DNA from: the human T2T-CHM13v2.0 reference genome, Homo sapiens
Strand: one strand, 5' to 3'
Assembly: GCF_009914755.1 (NCBI RefSeq)
Contig: NC_060945.1
Length of the DNA stretch: 64,000 bases
A program made the translations under genes and the position numbers. A model generated the notes under the pieces. It was not told the origin of the DNA and did no database searches. It saw only the letters and a program-made list of their open reading frames with translations. This document shows positions 27,500 to 40,213 of this stretch, piece by piece (within the stretch, counting starts at the first letter, position 1; the number at the start of each line of letters is the position of its first letter).

Positions 27500-28450
27500 T
27501 GACTTCAAGCCCAAAGGAAAAATGAATATACAGGAGTCCACGTTGATTTGATTAATGATTGAATATGTAAATTCATAAGAAGGGGCAACTCTTAACTACA
27601 GAAAAATTCCAATGGATAAATGTAAAAGGAATAAGGGAAATAGAAAATCATTGTTATGACATTACAGTAATAATTGCTGCTGTCACCACTGATAAATGCT
27701 AAAATTAGTGGACAGAATTTTAAGGAAAAACAGGATATTTACGTAACTCAACATAGCAGTTATTGCAGTGGCTGTAGCATGCGTCCTCACCCTCATTTAT
27801 CTCCCTGTTTCTAGGAGACGGAGCTTAATGTCACTCCCCTTGAGTGTGGACTGAATTTAGTGACTCAATTTCCAAGAATTGAGCAAGAAAAGGGAAAAAT
27901 AATAACTTTATGTTGGAGAAATGCACAGAGTTCACCTTGCCCAAGTGATCAAAGGTGACTTCACAGTGGTAAGTCAGGACAATACCCTGCACCCTGACGT
28001 GATGTCGTGAAAGGGCACTCGCGTACGTGGTATTCTCTCCACAAGTCCATAACCCACGGCAATTGTGAGTAAGCCTCAGACAAACCCCCACCGCGGGTCA
28101 CTCTCCGACATTGCTGGCAATCCTCTTCAAGAGTGTGCAGGTCATGAAAGGCCAGGACACACTGAGAAAGGGTCCCAGATGTGAGGAGACGAAGGAGATT
28201 TGACAGGAGAAGCATGATGGGATCCTGGAACAGAGCAAGAACGTTAGTGAAGAACAGGTGAAATGCTGCTAGAGCCTGTTGGTTCTTTGATAATAGCGTA
28301 CCAAAAACAATTTTTTAGTTTTGATAACTGTACCATGGTTATGTAATACATTAACACTGGGGAAGCTCAGTGAATATGTGGACTCTTGGACTATTTTTAT
28401 AACGCTTCTTGTGTAGAAGGTCTAAAATGATCTCAGAATACAAATTTAAA
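27500..28450 (+). mobile_element. Old L1 (L1MC-like) 3' region
   Basis: Motifs such as ttttgataactgtaccatggttatgtaa..ttaacactggggaagct resemble L1M 3' UTRs. Confidence 0.55.
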
Positions 28451-28491
28451 TAAATTAATTTAATGCTCAAAACACCCTTGATTGGAACTTA

Positions 28492-28811
28492 CAGCTGGCC
28501 CTCTGTATTCGTGGGTTCAACCAATCACTAATTAAAAATATTGGAAACAAAAATTGCATCTGTACTGACCATATGCAGACTTTTTCTTGTTATTATTCCC
28601 TGAATAACACAGTATACCGACTCTTTACATAGCATTTACAGCACATTAGGTATTGTAAGTAACACAGAGATGATCTGAAGCATATGGGAGGGTGTGTGGA
28701 GGTGGTATGCAAACACTGCACCATTTTACAGCACGGACTTGAGCATCTGCAGATTTTGGCATCTCCGAGAGGTCCTGGGACCAATCCACTCTGGATACCA
28801 GGAGACAGCTG
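28492..28811. mobile_element. MER2 (Tigger-family DNA transposon MITE)
   Basis: Terminal inverted repeats cagctggccctctgtatt / gataccaggagacagctg, TA at the left flank, MER2-like interior. Confidence 0.8.
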
Positions 28812-31424
28812 CATTTTCTCTCTAAACTTTGTAACGGTCTCATTCCATTGTCTCCCAGCCTCCATCATCTCCTTGGGAAAGTTAGCTTAAGTTTTGTTTT
28901 CCTTTGAAAGAAGTTGCCTTTTTTCCCGTTTTTAAAATTTTGTCTTTAGCTTTCAGCAATCTGACTGTGATATGCATAGGTGTATTTTTCTTTGTATATT
29001 TGTCTTGAACTTGTCTGGGTGAGCTCACACACTGGGGTTGGCTGCGGGTGACTCAGCACCTGGGCGAGCTCACACACTGGGGTTTGCTGCGGGTGATCAG
29101 CACCAGTGCACACACACCTCCATCCCCCATCAGACTAGCCTGGGCATGGTCTAATGGTGGTGGCAGAGGCACTGCAGGGAACAAGTCCAGCCACACAGCC
29201 TCACTTCTGAAGCCTGGGCCTGGGCCATGTTTGCTGACACCCCTTTGGCCAAAGAGAGTCACTAGGCTGTATCATCATCAGAGCCTGGGGTGTCCCAAGT
29301 CACACAGCAAAGGTGGGACCCAGAGAGTGGGAGCATGAGCCACCAGTAAAATCTATGCACCAGATTCACTGCCAGTGAGAGGCCCATCCACTACTGCCTG
29401 CCGCAGGCCAGGGGGCATCAGGGAGCACATGAATACTTAATACTCATTTGGACTGACGGTGCAGAAGCTTCTGTGCCCCTTATCCTCTTAACACCCTCAG
29501 GAGGTGTGAAACACCCCCATTTTACAGAGAAGTAAAATCACTCACCCCCAGCACACACCAGGTTTGGGGCAGGGCCAGGGGCTGACCTAACAGTCATCTC
29601 TGGAGCTGCTTTGAGCTACTGCCATGTTCCATGGGGAATGTGGTAGATGGGCATTCCTGTCCCATGGACACCTCCGAGGTCACACGCCCAAGCTGGTCAG
29701 CTGAGAAATGCCATCACCCACCTCACCTAAGACCAGGGGTGATACCCTGCCAGCCCCCTGCCATCATCCTTTTCAAACTCAGACTCTTGACAGTAAAGCC
29801 CAGAAACCCTGGGTGGTCCCAAATAGAAGCTGCCCCTCAGCTATGGAGCTCTTGGCCTGAAGGCCAGGATCAGCAGCAGGGTCTGAGATGGGCCAGCCTC
29901 CTCAGAAACCCCTGCTTACTTCTCCCACCCAACTGAGACCAGCCCTGGGGTACAACCCTTAAGCTGGGTTTGGCTGTGGGCTCCTCCCCACGGGGGTCCC
30001 TCCTGATGAGGGGAGAGCTCAAGGTGGGGTTGCCACACTGTTCCATGAGCAAAGCCAGAGAAGCCCCCCCAGGACCCGTGGAGGTGCAGCTGGACCACAG
30101 CCAGGTGCTGCAGAGCCTGGGGGCTGGACTCCCCTGGGACGCAGGTGACCATCAGCCCAGTGCAGGCGCCGGCCCCTCCTGCAGAGAGTCCGTCCCAGGG
30201 TGGAAGCCAGGCTCCTTGGTGCCTCGGGTCCAATCAGCCCTCGTGGGGAAGGGGGACTGGATCAGGCAGCTCCAGGGGGAATTTGAGGGACCAAGAGGAT
30301 GTTGCCACTGGCTCAAGGGCAGGGCCTGCCCCTCCACCATGTCCAAGCACTGCCCAGAGCAGAGGAAAGCCCTGGAGGTGGATGCCGCCCAGAGGGACCC
30401 GCACAGCCCACACCAGGAGCTCTGGTGGAGGGAACAGAAGCAGACACCCGCATGGACACCACCCTCCTGCAGCGCTGCCCCCACCCCTGCCCCTCCCCTG
30501 CCTCCTCCCCACCCCTGCCTCCTCCCCTGCCCCTCCTCATCCCTAGCTGGGCTGCTGCAGTGGCTGATGACACTGTCCTGGCCTGGAGGAACAGAGACAC
30601 ATCCTGGAATTGTACGCTGGTCTCATTGTTGTGGCCCCTCTAGATCCCTGCACGGGGGTGTGGGCAGAGCCCACTGGGCTGTGCCGTTCTCTCCCCTTCC
30701 ACAGAGCCTGACCTTTCAGTAGCTGCAGACTTGTTCATGGTGGTTCCAGTGCCTGAACAGGGAGCACAGGAAAGCTGTGGGGCTGTGGGGGGCGGGGAGG
30801 GGAGGGGGCGTCTGTTGAAATGTTCTGTTCGAGATGGGAACTAAGTAACCTCCTTGGCCTGAAAATGGGCATTGGGAGGAAGCAGATTTGGGGACGGGGA
30901 TGTAAGGCTGGGAGGGGTCTGTGCGATCTCTGGGAAGCCATGAGGCTGGGCAAGATGGCCCAGGGAGTGATGAGGTGAATGGCAGAAGGGGCCAGGCACT
31001 GGGGTCTCCGACCCTATGAGGGGCATGGGAGATTGGCAGTGGGGTGTCAGGCGGGGGGTGGGAGAGCCAGGAGAAGCACATTCCAAGGACAGACAGAAAG
31101 AGGTCGGCTGACGGCCATGACTGGGAGGCTGGTGGGTGACTTGCTGGACAGACTTCAGCTGTGGGTGGGGCTGGGCATCTGACTGATGCCATGGGTGCAA
31201 GCAAAGGGCCGAGAGGAGCAGGACAGGACGGTGGGTGTCTGTCCTCCAGCACCACGCAGAGCAGGATGTGGGGAGGGAGGGAGGGGCTGGGTCTTCCTGA
31301 GTCCAGCGGCCGTAGCAGGGAGTGCACATATAGAGGAGGACACACTTGGGGATGCTGGATGGCGGGGACCATGGAGGCTCCCTCGATCTTCCTCATGGAA
31401 GGGGAGCTGAGGGTCAACCACAGA

Positions 31425-31672
31425 GGTGGGGGAGGAGGAGGGACACTGCAGGCTGGGGGATGGAGGAGGGGGAGGAGGAGGGACACTGCAGGCTGGGGGG
31501 ATGGAGGAGGGGGAGGAGCAGGGACACTGCAGGCTGGGGGATGGAGGAGGGGGAGGAGCAGAGGCACTGCATTTGGGGAATGGAGGAGGGGCAGGAGCAG
31601 AGGCACTGCAGGCTGGGGGATGGAGGCAGGGAGGAGCAGAGGCACCGCAGGCTGGGGGGGATGGAGGAGGGT
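31425..31672. repeat. G-rich ~40-bp minisatellite (~6 copies)
   Basis: gggacactgcaggctgggggatggaggagggggaggagca units. Confidence 0.9.
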
Positions 31673-31880
31673 GCCCCATCTCTGCCAATCACTGGGGACC
31701 CATTCCCAAGTCCAGGGCTCTGCCTTGATGAGCCATGCTCCAAGCAATCCTCTCTGGGGCTTTTAGATGAAATATCTGAAGACCAGAGAAAGGGGCAGTG
31801 GGGAAGAGGTCTTTGCAGACCACTCCGGGGACAGGAGAGGAAGAGAAGAGTAGAGCACAGAGATGAGGGGGCATCCTGCG

Positions 31881-32335
31881 TGGAGGTGGCCTGGAGATGA
31901 TGGCCTGGAGGTGGCCTGGAGATGATGGCCTGGAGGTGGCCTGGAGATGATGGCCTGGAGGTGGCCTGGAGGCAGCCTGGAGGTGGCCTGGAGATGATGG
32001 CCTGGAGGTGGCCTGGAGAGGGCCTGGATATGATGGCCTAGAGATGGCCTGGAGATGGCAGGGAAATGCCACGTGGGGGGTACCAATTATTAAGGGGACT
32101 AGTCAATTGCCAAAGCCTCCGATTATGATGGGTATTACTATGAAAAAGATTATAACGAATGCATGGGCTGTGACGATGACGTCGTGGATGTGGTCATTAC
32201 CTAGAAGGTTGCCGGGTTGGCCTAGTTCAGCCCGAATAAGGAGGCTTAAAGCTGGAGGTGGCCTGGAGATGATGGCTTAGAGATGGCCTGGACAGGCCTA
32301 GAGATGATAGCCTGGAGGTGGCCTGGAGGTGGCTC
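31881..32335. repeat. (GGCCTGGAGGT / GGCCTGGAGATGAT)n tandem repeat, interrupted by the NUMT
   Basis: The same 11/14-bp units occur at 31881-32060 and 32252-32335. Confidence 0.9.
32061..32254 (-). pseudogene. MTCO1P3: NUMT: fragment of mitochondrial COX1 (about codons 32-95)
   Basis: The reverse complement read in the vertebrate mitochondrial code gives [64 protein letters not shown], matching MT-CO1. The NUMT identity is secure; the symbol is recalled from its position upstream of COL18A1. Confidence 0.9.
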
Positions 32336-33093
32336 ATCCCCTGTTGCTGCATCCTCATGGCAGCCAGGGGTCTTTTGGAAGGCCTGGCCAGCCACTGCTG
32401 AGCCACTTCCCCCAGCTTCATCCCCTGTGACTCTGACAAGCCCCCACCAGCCACAGGGATGAGCAGACCCTGCCCAGGGACACCATCCAGCTGCCCATGT
32501 GGCCCTGAGTGCTGGCTTACCTGCCTGCCTATGTCTCTGGGGGTCCCTGTTGGGAGCCCCGGCTCCCCAGCAAGATTGGTCCTCTCCTGGGTGGGGGCTT
32601 CCGCAGCAGCTGGAGAGAAGGGGGAGCATTCCCCATTAATTGAACCTGGGCTGAGTTTCTGTGGGAGCTTTGCCCTGGGAACCCATGGTGGCCATAAAAC
32701 ACCAAACTCAGATGTTGCAAGAACCAAACTCAGAGCCCCTGTGACATCAGTGGAATGAGAGCGGGAAACCAGCCCCTGGGGAATCGGCCATGTTCTGCAG
32801 CAGAGGGAGGGCATGTGAGATCCAACTGAAGCCTCTTCTGCCTTCAGCAAAGGCTGCGGTGCAATCCTGCATTCTTGTTCAGGCAAATGTTTTCCTTGAA
32901 AAAACCTCTTGATGATGAAGCCGGTTTAACTGGTGTTGACCAATGGGGTGTCAGCTTTGAAGGATGACACTGGTCAGCCTAGGAGGTCTTGGTGGTGGAG
33001 GCCAGGGGTCCTACCCAGACCCCGGGGGACCTGGCTGCTGGGCATGTTGATGGCTCCCTTGTTCAACTGCACCCCCTCTGGGAGCAGCCCTTG

Positions 33094-33620
33094 GTGAAGA
33101 GGATTGTAATACATGACCCCAAAATATGCCACTTTTGCATAAGAATTATTTTGAGCTGAAGGCAATTCAGAAGCTACAGATTCAGGAAGAGCTCTCTACC
33201 CTCCTTTTTCGCCTAAAAGCAGGGCATACATTTCTCTGGGTAAAGGTGTTCCCCTCTCCAGTACCAGGCAGAGGAGAATGACTCTTAACTACGAAAAAGC
33301 CCCTACCAAACAACACTTACCTCCCATGCATTTTTTAATCACCACCAACAATCTACCACCCCTAGGAGCCCAAACCCCCTTTTTCCTTTGTCCTTCTCCA
33401 CAATTTATCACCCTTTGTTAAAATGGTATATAAGTCCCCGTGTCTCATCCCTTCTTTGGGTTTTTGCTTCTTGTCTGTGAAGCTTCCGTGCACATAACAT
33501 TCAAATTTAAATTTAATTTTCTGCTATCTTTTCTGCTGCAAATCTGCCTTTTGTCAGTTTAATTTGCAAACCTCAGGAACAGAACCTGAGGGGAGTGATA
33601 AAGGTTTTCCTCCCCTAAAT
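33094..33620 (+). mobile_element. ERV1-class solo LTR (MER34-like)
   Basis: acccc-aaaatatgccactttgcataagaattattttgagctgaaggcaatt ... aaggttttcctcccct. Confidence 0.7.
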
Positions 33621-34860
33621 AAGCCAATAGGGAAGGATACAGTGTATAAAGGTCCATAAGGCCCCTGCTCTTATGGGGGCTACTTGGAAGGGCTACCCCA
33701 GCCCCACAGTGCCCAGGGGTTGGCTGATACCATAAATCTCCTGGGAGAATCAACACTTTGGCCTTGTGTTTTTAAAAACACAGATATGAAAGCAGGTACT
33801 AGCACCACGCAGAGCCCTTCCTTAGAGCGCAGAGGGGCCATTTCTCCCATTATCGGATTCCAACCCCACTTGACAGGTGGGAAACAGCAGATAAAGGACT
33901 CCAGGATGGGGCTTCCCCAGGCCAGAGAAAAAACTCAACCACCCAAAAGTACAGAACCCACCCAGGCTCTGGAGGGGTCCACGGCTGAAAATCCCATCTT
34001 GGGACCTATGTTTTGGGAGGGGAAGAGTGGGGAGGATCATTTTCTCCTTCATTAATCACAGACACTTGGGTTTATTGTTGTCGACTTTCTCTGACATGTG
34101 TTGGAGCCAATATTTATTTGTTAAAGGAAAACCAGCAGTAAAACATTTGCTTTGTTACAAAATAAAAGCCACATTCCAGGGAAGTATACAAAGGGCTTCG
34201 CACACTGAGATGCCGCTCCCTGCCACGGGAGGCTGGACGACTGCACGGGAGAAAATTCCAGCCAGCCCCAGGCTCTTTGTGATTCTTCCTCTAAAGACTG
34301 AAAGGAAGAAGCAATCTTCATTAACAAACAAACAAACCAAAGAGGGGAGCCGACTCTTACTGAAACTTTAAACAGAACCACATGGACCCTCCCAGGCTAG
34401 TAATCCAAGTCTCCAATCCACTCACCCAGCCCTGGGGCAACTCGGGTTTCAAGCATAGAATTCTCTGTCACTTCCACCCAATACACAGGGACAAGGGCAC
34501 TGCCAGGCTGCTCCCTCCTGGGCCCTCTCTTTGCATGACAAGGCAGTTGTGGTCTGAGACCTGGAGGTCCCGCAAAGCCAGCTCTAGGAGGGCCTGACCC
34601 CAAACTCCTCCCCATCCCCGCAGTTCTCCCCCTGCCCTCCCAGCACCTCACCTTTCTTTGGGGCTGGCCAGGGAGGGAGGCCTTGGAGAAGCAGGCAGGT
34701 GAGGCCCTGGGTGACCTCTCAGGTGACAGGGAGGCACATTGCACTGCTGTGACCGTGCCACCGCCCTCCTCAGTGACTTACGTGTCAGGGAAAATACTGA
34801 GATTCCCCTGATTAGTCCTTTAGCCCAGGGATCACCAGGAACAGAGTCCCTAAACTGGAG

Positions 34861-35108
34861 GCCTGATTCTTTCTCATCACTGTCCAGAGCTGCTCTCACC
34901 AGGGCCACGGTGGCCCCGAGCCGCCTGATTCCTTCTCATCACTGTCCAGAGCCGCTCCCATCAGGGCCAAGGTGGCCCCGAGCCGCCTGATTCCTTCTCA
35001 TCATTGTCCAGAGCCGCTCCCATCAGGGCCAAGGTGGCCCCGAGCCGCCTGATTCCTTCTCATCATTGTCCAGAGCCGCTCCCATCAGGGCCACGGTGGC
35101 CCCGAGCC
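34861..35108. repeat. 62-bp minisatellite x4
   Basis: Units start at 34861, 34923, 34985 and 35047. Confidence 0.95.
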
Positions 35109-35791
35109 AGCCACAGGAACCCGTCCCACTCTCCTCGGAACCTCCTCCCCAGCCCCCTGGGTATCAGGCTTGGTTTGCACCTTTGTCTCTGCTGCTCCCT
35201 GGTCACAGCGCACGCCCTCCCCATCCGGGGTGCTGTCCCTGCTCCTTCTCTGAACTCCTCTGTCCAGGGGCTGACTTGATTTCCCTGATTGCACCTCCCT
35301 GAGCCCCTCAGATCCAAAAGACCTGAGCCAACCCCTCACCTCTGCCTTGATTCTGGCATCTGCTGGGCCCGCCCCCAGGAGCCACATTCACAGCCTTGGA
35401 CATCCATCCCCACCTTCATGCTGACAGATCCCTAAGGGAGGTAAGAAAACTGAGGCACGGGGTGGTCAAATGCCTCAGCCATCAACACCCCACTGGTGGA
35501 TGGGAAGCCAGGGTTTGAGCCCCGGTGAGCCCAGGTGAGCTGGCTCCAGAGCCACTTATCAACGGAGGCTCGAATGTCCCAATCTCAGCACAGGTGGTGA
35601 ATGCTATCACGGGGAAGACACCCCTTCCTCTTCCATTTCCTCTGTCTTGATTCAGCCTTCTGGCCAGTTAATGTCAGCGCCGTGGTGCCCATCCCAGAAC
35701 AGAAGCTCCTGCTGATGAATAATTTCCGGCCTCACCGTGACCCAGCCTCTCCCGTGTTTATCTGTATCTATCTGTCATCTACCCCCACCTT

Positions 35792-36582
35792 ACACCCAGC
35801 GTCCGTCCATGCACACACGCTCACCTCGCACCCAGAGTCCGTCCGTGCACACACTCACCTTGCACCCAGAGTCCATCCATGCACACACGCTCATCTCTCA
35901 CCCAGCGTTGGTCCGTGCACACACGCTCACTTCGCACCCAGCATCCGTCCGTGCACACACGCTCACCTCGCACCCAGTGTCCATGCACACACACTCACCT
36001 CGCAACCAGCGTCCATCCATGCACACAGGCTCACCTCGCACCCAGCGTCCGTCCGTGCACACACGCTCACCTCGCACCCAGCGTCCGTCCGTGCACACAC
36101 GCTCACCTCGCACCCAGCGTCCGTCCGTGCACACACGCTCACCTCGCACCCAGCGTCCGTCCGTGCACACACGCTCACCTCGCACCCAGCGTCCGTCCGT
36201 GCACACGCTCACCTCGCACCCAGCGTCCGTCCGTGCACACGCTCACCTCGTACCCAGCGTCCGTCTGTGCACACATGCTCCCCTCGCACCGAGCGTCTGT
36301 CCGTGCACACGCTTACCTCACACCCAGCATCCATCTGTGCACACACGCTCCCCTCGCACCCAGCATCCGTGCACACGCTCACCTCGCACCCAGCATCTGT
36401 CCATGCACACACTCCCCTCGCACCTAGCGTCCGTCCATGCACATACTCACCTTGCACCCAGCATCCATCTGTGCACACACCCTCACCTCGCACCCAGCAT
36501 CTGTCCGTGCACACACGCTCACCTCACACACACTCCCCTCGCACCCAGCGTCCGTCGGTGCACACACGCTCACCTCCCGCAC
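35792..36582. repeat. ~36-bp minisatellite, ~22 copies
   Basis: GCACACACGCTCACCTCGCACCCAGCGTCCGTCCGT, with a homogeneous centre and degenerate ends. Confidence 0.95.
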
Positions 36583-37248
36583 CTCCCGTGGAGGCGGCAT
36601 CCAGGCAGGGAAGCAAGGACACTCTGCGTCCATTCCTCTCTCTAAACACCAAGGCCCCCGCAATCCGAGGAATATATTTGACAGAAACAAGAAAAAAGGA
36701 TGAAAGTGGCCAAGACAAGCCGATCCCTTCTATCTGTTTTCAGGAACATGATTTTGTGGCCCCAAACTCCTTGAAGCCCGATGCTTCCACCTCCCTCCCA
36801 CTCCACTCTCCCCCGACACATCCGTCCAGCTCCCGTTCCTCTTGGGCACCCACCTCTGCCATCTCAGCAGGGTTCCCAGCACCCCCAGGCAAGGCCTGTG
36901 TGTGGCGCTTTACTGGGAGTGCGCTGGGGAAGAGGGAGGCATGGGCTGGAATAACCACAGAGACCGGCCCTGCACAGATAGCAGAAAGGGAAGGGGATGT
37001 GTTGCCCGGCCCACCTCGGCTCACGCAAGACGCTCGGACACTTGGAGACCTGGACTGAAGCAGCCTCCAGGGGAGGAGAGAGGGGTGCCGCTCACCACTG
37101 CCCCCTCCCAAGCCCAGCGTCTAGGTCTGGTTCACCCTCGCGAGGTCGCCTGGCCCATGTCTGGCTACCTGAGCTGGCCACTGCTGAGGCAAAGCCCACC
37201 CGGCTGCTGTTCTGGAAGTGGCTCTGGAAAGCCCAGCTCCTGTGGGTA

Positions 37249-37330
37249 CAGGATCGCTGAGCGCCAGGCATGGGGGCCACAGCCAAGGCAGGATCGCTGA
37301 GCGCCAGGCATGGAGGCCACAGCCAAGGCA
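37249..37330. repeat. Two-copy 40-bp duplication
   Basis: caggatcgctgagcgccaggcatgg.ggccacagccaagg x2. Confidence 0.85.
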
Positions 37331-38304
37331 GCCGCAGGGGCAGGTGCTGGGCTGTCTAGGAGCAGTGACCAAGCACCCAGAGGAGCCCAACAAGGCCCAG
37401 CACATAAAACCAGCAGCAGAGGCCCAGGAGCCACTTAGCCAGAGAGACACCTGGTGTTCACCCCAGCACGCAGATGGGGAAAGGCTAAAGCACAAAGAAG
37501 CAACTGTGTACAGAGAGCTTCACCCCGAAATCAGAGACAGCCAAAGTCCGCCCAGAGAGGAACTGGTCGGAGTCCTGTCCAGGCCGAAAGGTGGTGGGTG
37601 GGTGCTTTAGGGGCCAGTGGGGAGCGAGGCCGAAGCTATCTCTGTGCAGCTGCCCCCTCACGCTGCTGTGGCCCCAGGGTTTGGTTCAGATGCTGAGTGT
37701 CCGGTGACTTCTAGACACTTCCTTTCCAGTCTCAGGGAACCCACCCCACAAAGCGCCTGCCCCAGGACCTGGGTGGCGCGTCTGTGTCTTCTCAGCATAT
37801 CCGGTTCTTGGAGCAGGGAGACGACCCAGATCCTGCTCTCTGGCTCCTGGCCCGCTGCCCCCAAGCTGTCACCAAGGCAGGTCATGGATGTTCCGTGTCA
37901 TGGCTGCGTGGGCCGTTCGACCACGGCCACACACGCATAGACTGAGGAAGACAGAGCAAGGGGCTGATCGCTGCCAAGCAGTGGATGCCAGTGCACCGTG
38001 ACAAGGAGCCCAGAGCCTTTGGTGGGCGCCTGACTGTGTCTTCAAGTTCCCGGGATCTGTGTGGACAGCTGCCATCCCAGTCGGCCCTTTCTTGGTTTTC
38101 TTGGTTTTCAGAGAAGGGGCGAAGAATAAGGGGGCAGCGTCTTCTCCACCAGAAGACACACCTGCAAAGCTCCATGAAGGCAGGCGCTGGCTGAGGAGGA
38201 AGAAGGAAACAGGTCTCTCAGGAGCCTCTGCCCTTGCAGCCAGGGATGGGCAGGAGGCCAGTGCCTGGTAGGGAGCAGCCTGCGGGTTCAGCTCAGGTGT
38301 AAAC

Positions 38305-38766
38305 AGCATGGTCAGCTGGAAAATGGTCCCCAAATACGCCAGGTCTCAATCCCTGTGGTGCTTGAATGTGACCTTATGTGGCAAATGTGTCTTTGGGGAT
38401 GGGATTGAGTTAGGATCCCGGGATGGGGGTGATCAACTGGGGTCATCCGGGTGGGCCCCAGGTGGCATTGCAAGGTTCGCACAAGACGGAGACTTGACAT
38501 GGAGGAAACCATGGACCACGGAGGCAGAGAGCACCATGAAGAGGCTGTCCACGAAGGTCAGAGCGATGCGGCCGCAAGCCAAGGAGTGCACGGCCGCTGG
38601 GAGCCAAGAGAAGCCAGCAGGACCTTCTCCGGGGCCTCAGAGGGGCCCCTTGGCCTAGTGATGCTGGTTTCAGACTCCTGCCCTCCAGACCGTGAGCATG
38701 CGTTTCCGTTGTTTAAAATCACCAAGGCTGTGGCCATTTGTCACAGCAACCCCAGGAAGTCCACAG
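38305..38766 (+). mobile_element. MaLR LTR (MLT1C/D-like)
   Basis: aatggtccccaaa..gaatgtgaccttatgtggcaaa..gccgcaagccaaggagtgc..tttgtcacagcaaccccaggaa. Confidence 0.7.
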
Positions 38767-39903
38767 AATGGGAAAGGAGACGGGAGAGGAGGATGGCTGG
38801 GCTCAGCTGTCAGGCTGGGCTGTGCGGGGCTCCCTTGGGTGGTGGGGAGGAGCCTCTGAAAGGGAGCTCAGGGAGGGGCTGCCCATGGAGAAAGCACTGG
38901 GTGGAGAAGCTGTCGGTCAATTATCTGGTGATTGCACCTGCCTGTTGCCAGTCACAGTCTTCCTCCAGGAGGGGTCACCGACCACGGGCCACATCCACTC
39001 CTCTCTGCTGCAGGAATCCTGTCCCTGCTAAAGCTGATCCTGGCTTTATCTGCCCTTTGCAGAGGTGTGGGGCTTTGGCCCTCCACTGGGCACCGCACAG
39101 CGTGGGAGCCCCCTCCCCCTGGCCCCTGCGGTGGGGTCGGCTGAAGCACTGGGCTGGTCACTCGGTGGAAAAGGACACAAGTTCCCCTTGGGGCCCAGAG
39201 GCTGCACATCCGTCCTTCCAGGACTGGGCCTAAGGAATTAAATGGCTGTGAAAACAGGGGCACTGTGAGCCCCAGAGTCGGGCCATGTCATCTGAGGATG
39301 ATGGTGGCAACAGCAAAGCTCCAGATGTGGACACAGTCCCTTCACCTACCGGGGCTGCACTTCCTCCGGTGCCACAGCCAGGCCAGGCGCCCTCCCTGAG
39401 GGAATCCGCGGGTCCCGACGGCCTCTGGGGTGAGACACTGGGACGTGCCTGCAGAGCAGCAAACACTCTCTGGGCCTCACACCCTCTTCCCGGCTGCACA
39501 GCGGCACCCCCAGGGGCCTGCCCCTGCTCAAAGCCAGCCCCACCGCCCAAGGTCTGGACCTGCCTGCCCTGCAGGTGGGGCTCAACTTCCTCGGGTTTTC
39601 TGCTCCCAGGTGATTTTCCTCCCTGCAGCCAGGGCTGAGCACCTCGGCCAAGTGGCTCTTTGCTTTAAGAAGAGAGGGAATCTCCCAGCCGCCAGCCCAT
39701 TGAGGCTCCCTGCACAGGACGGGACTCAGCGCCGCGGCGGTGGCATGGCCGTGCCGGGCTGTGCTGTGACCTGAGGCCTCGTCCGTGATGACCACGTCCT
39801 CGCAGAGCCTGGGGGCAGGGCCGGGGGGTGGTCAGATGCGGTGGAGCCTGTGCCCTGTGCATGACCGAAGCCACAAGCATCAAAACAGCTACATTCATGC
39901 TGA

Positions 39904-40213
<310 letters not shown>

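Noticed and set aside
32008-32280. + strand 90-aa ORF
   Set aside because: It is the antisense reading of the COX1 NUMT plus flanking repeat.
35601-37058. 485-aa ORF
   Set aside because: Its length is explained by the stop-free 36-bp VNTR; there is no recognisable domain.
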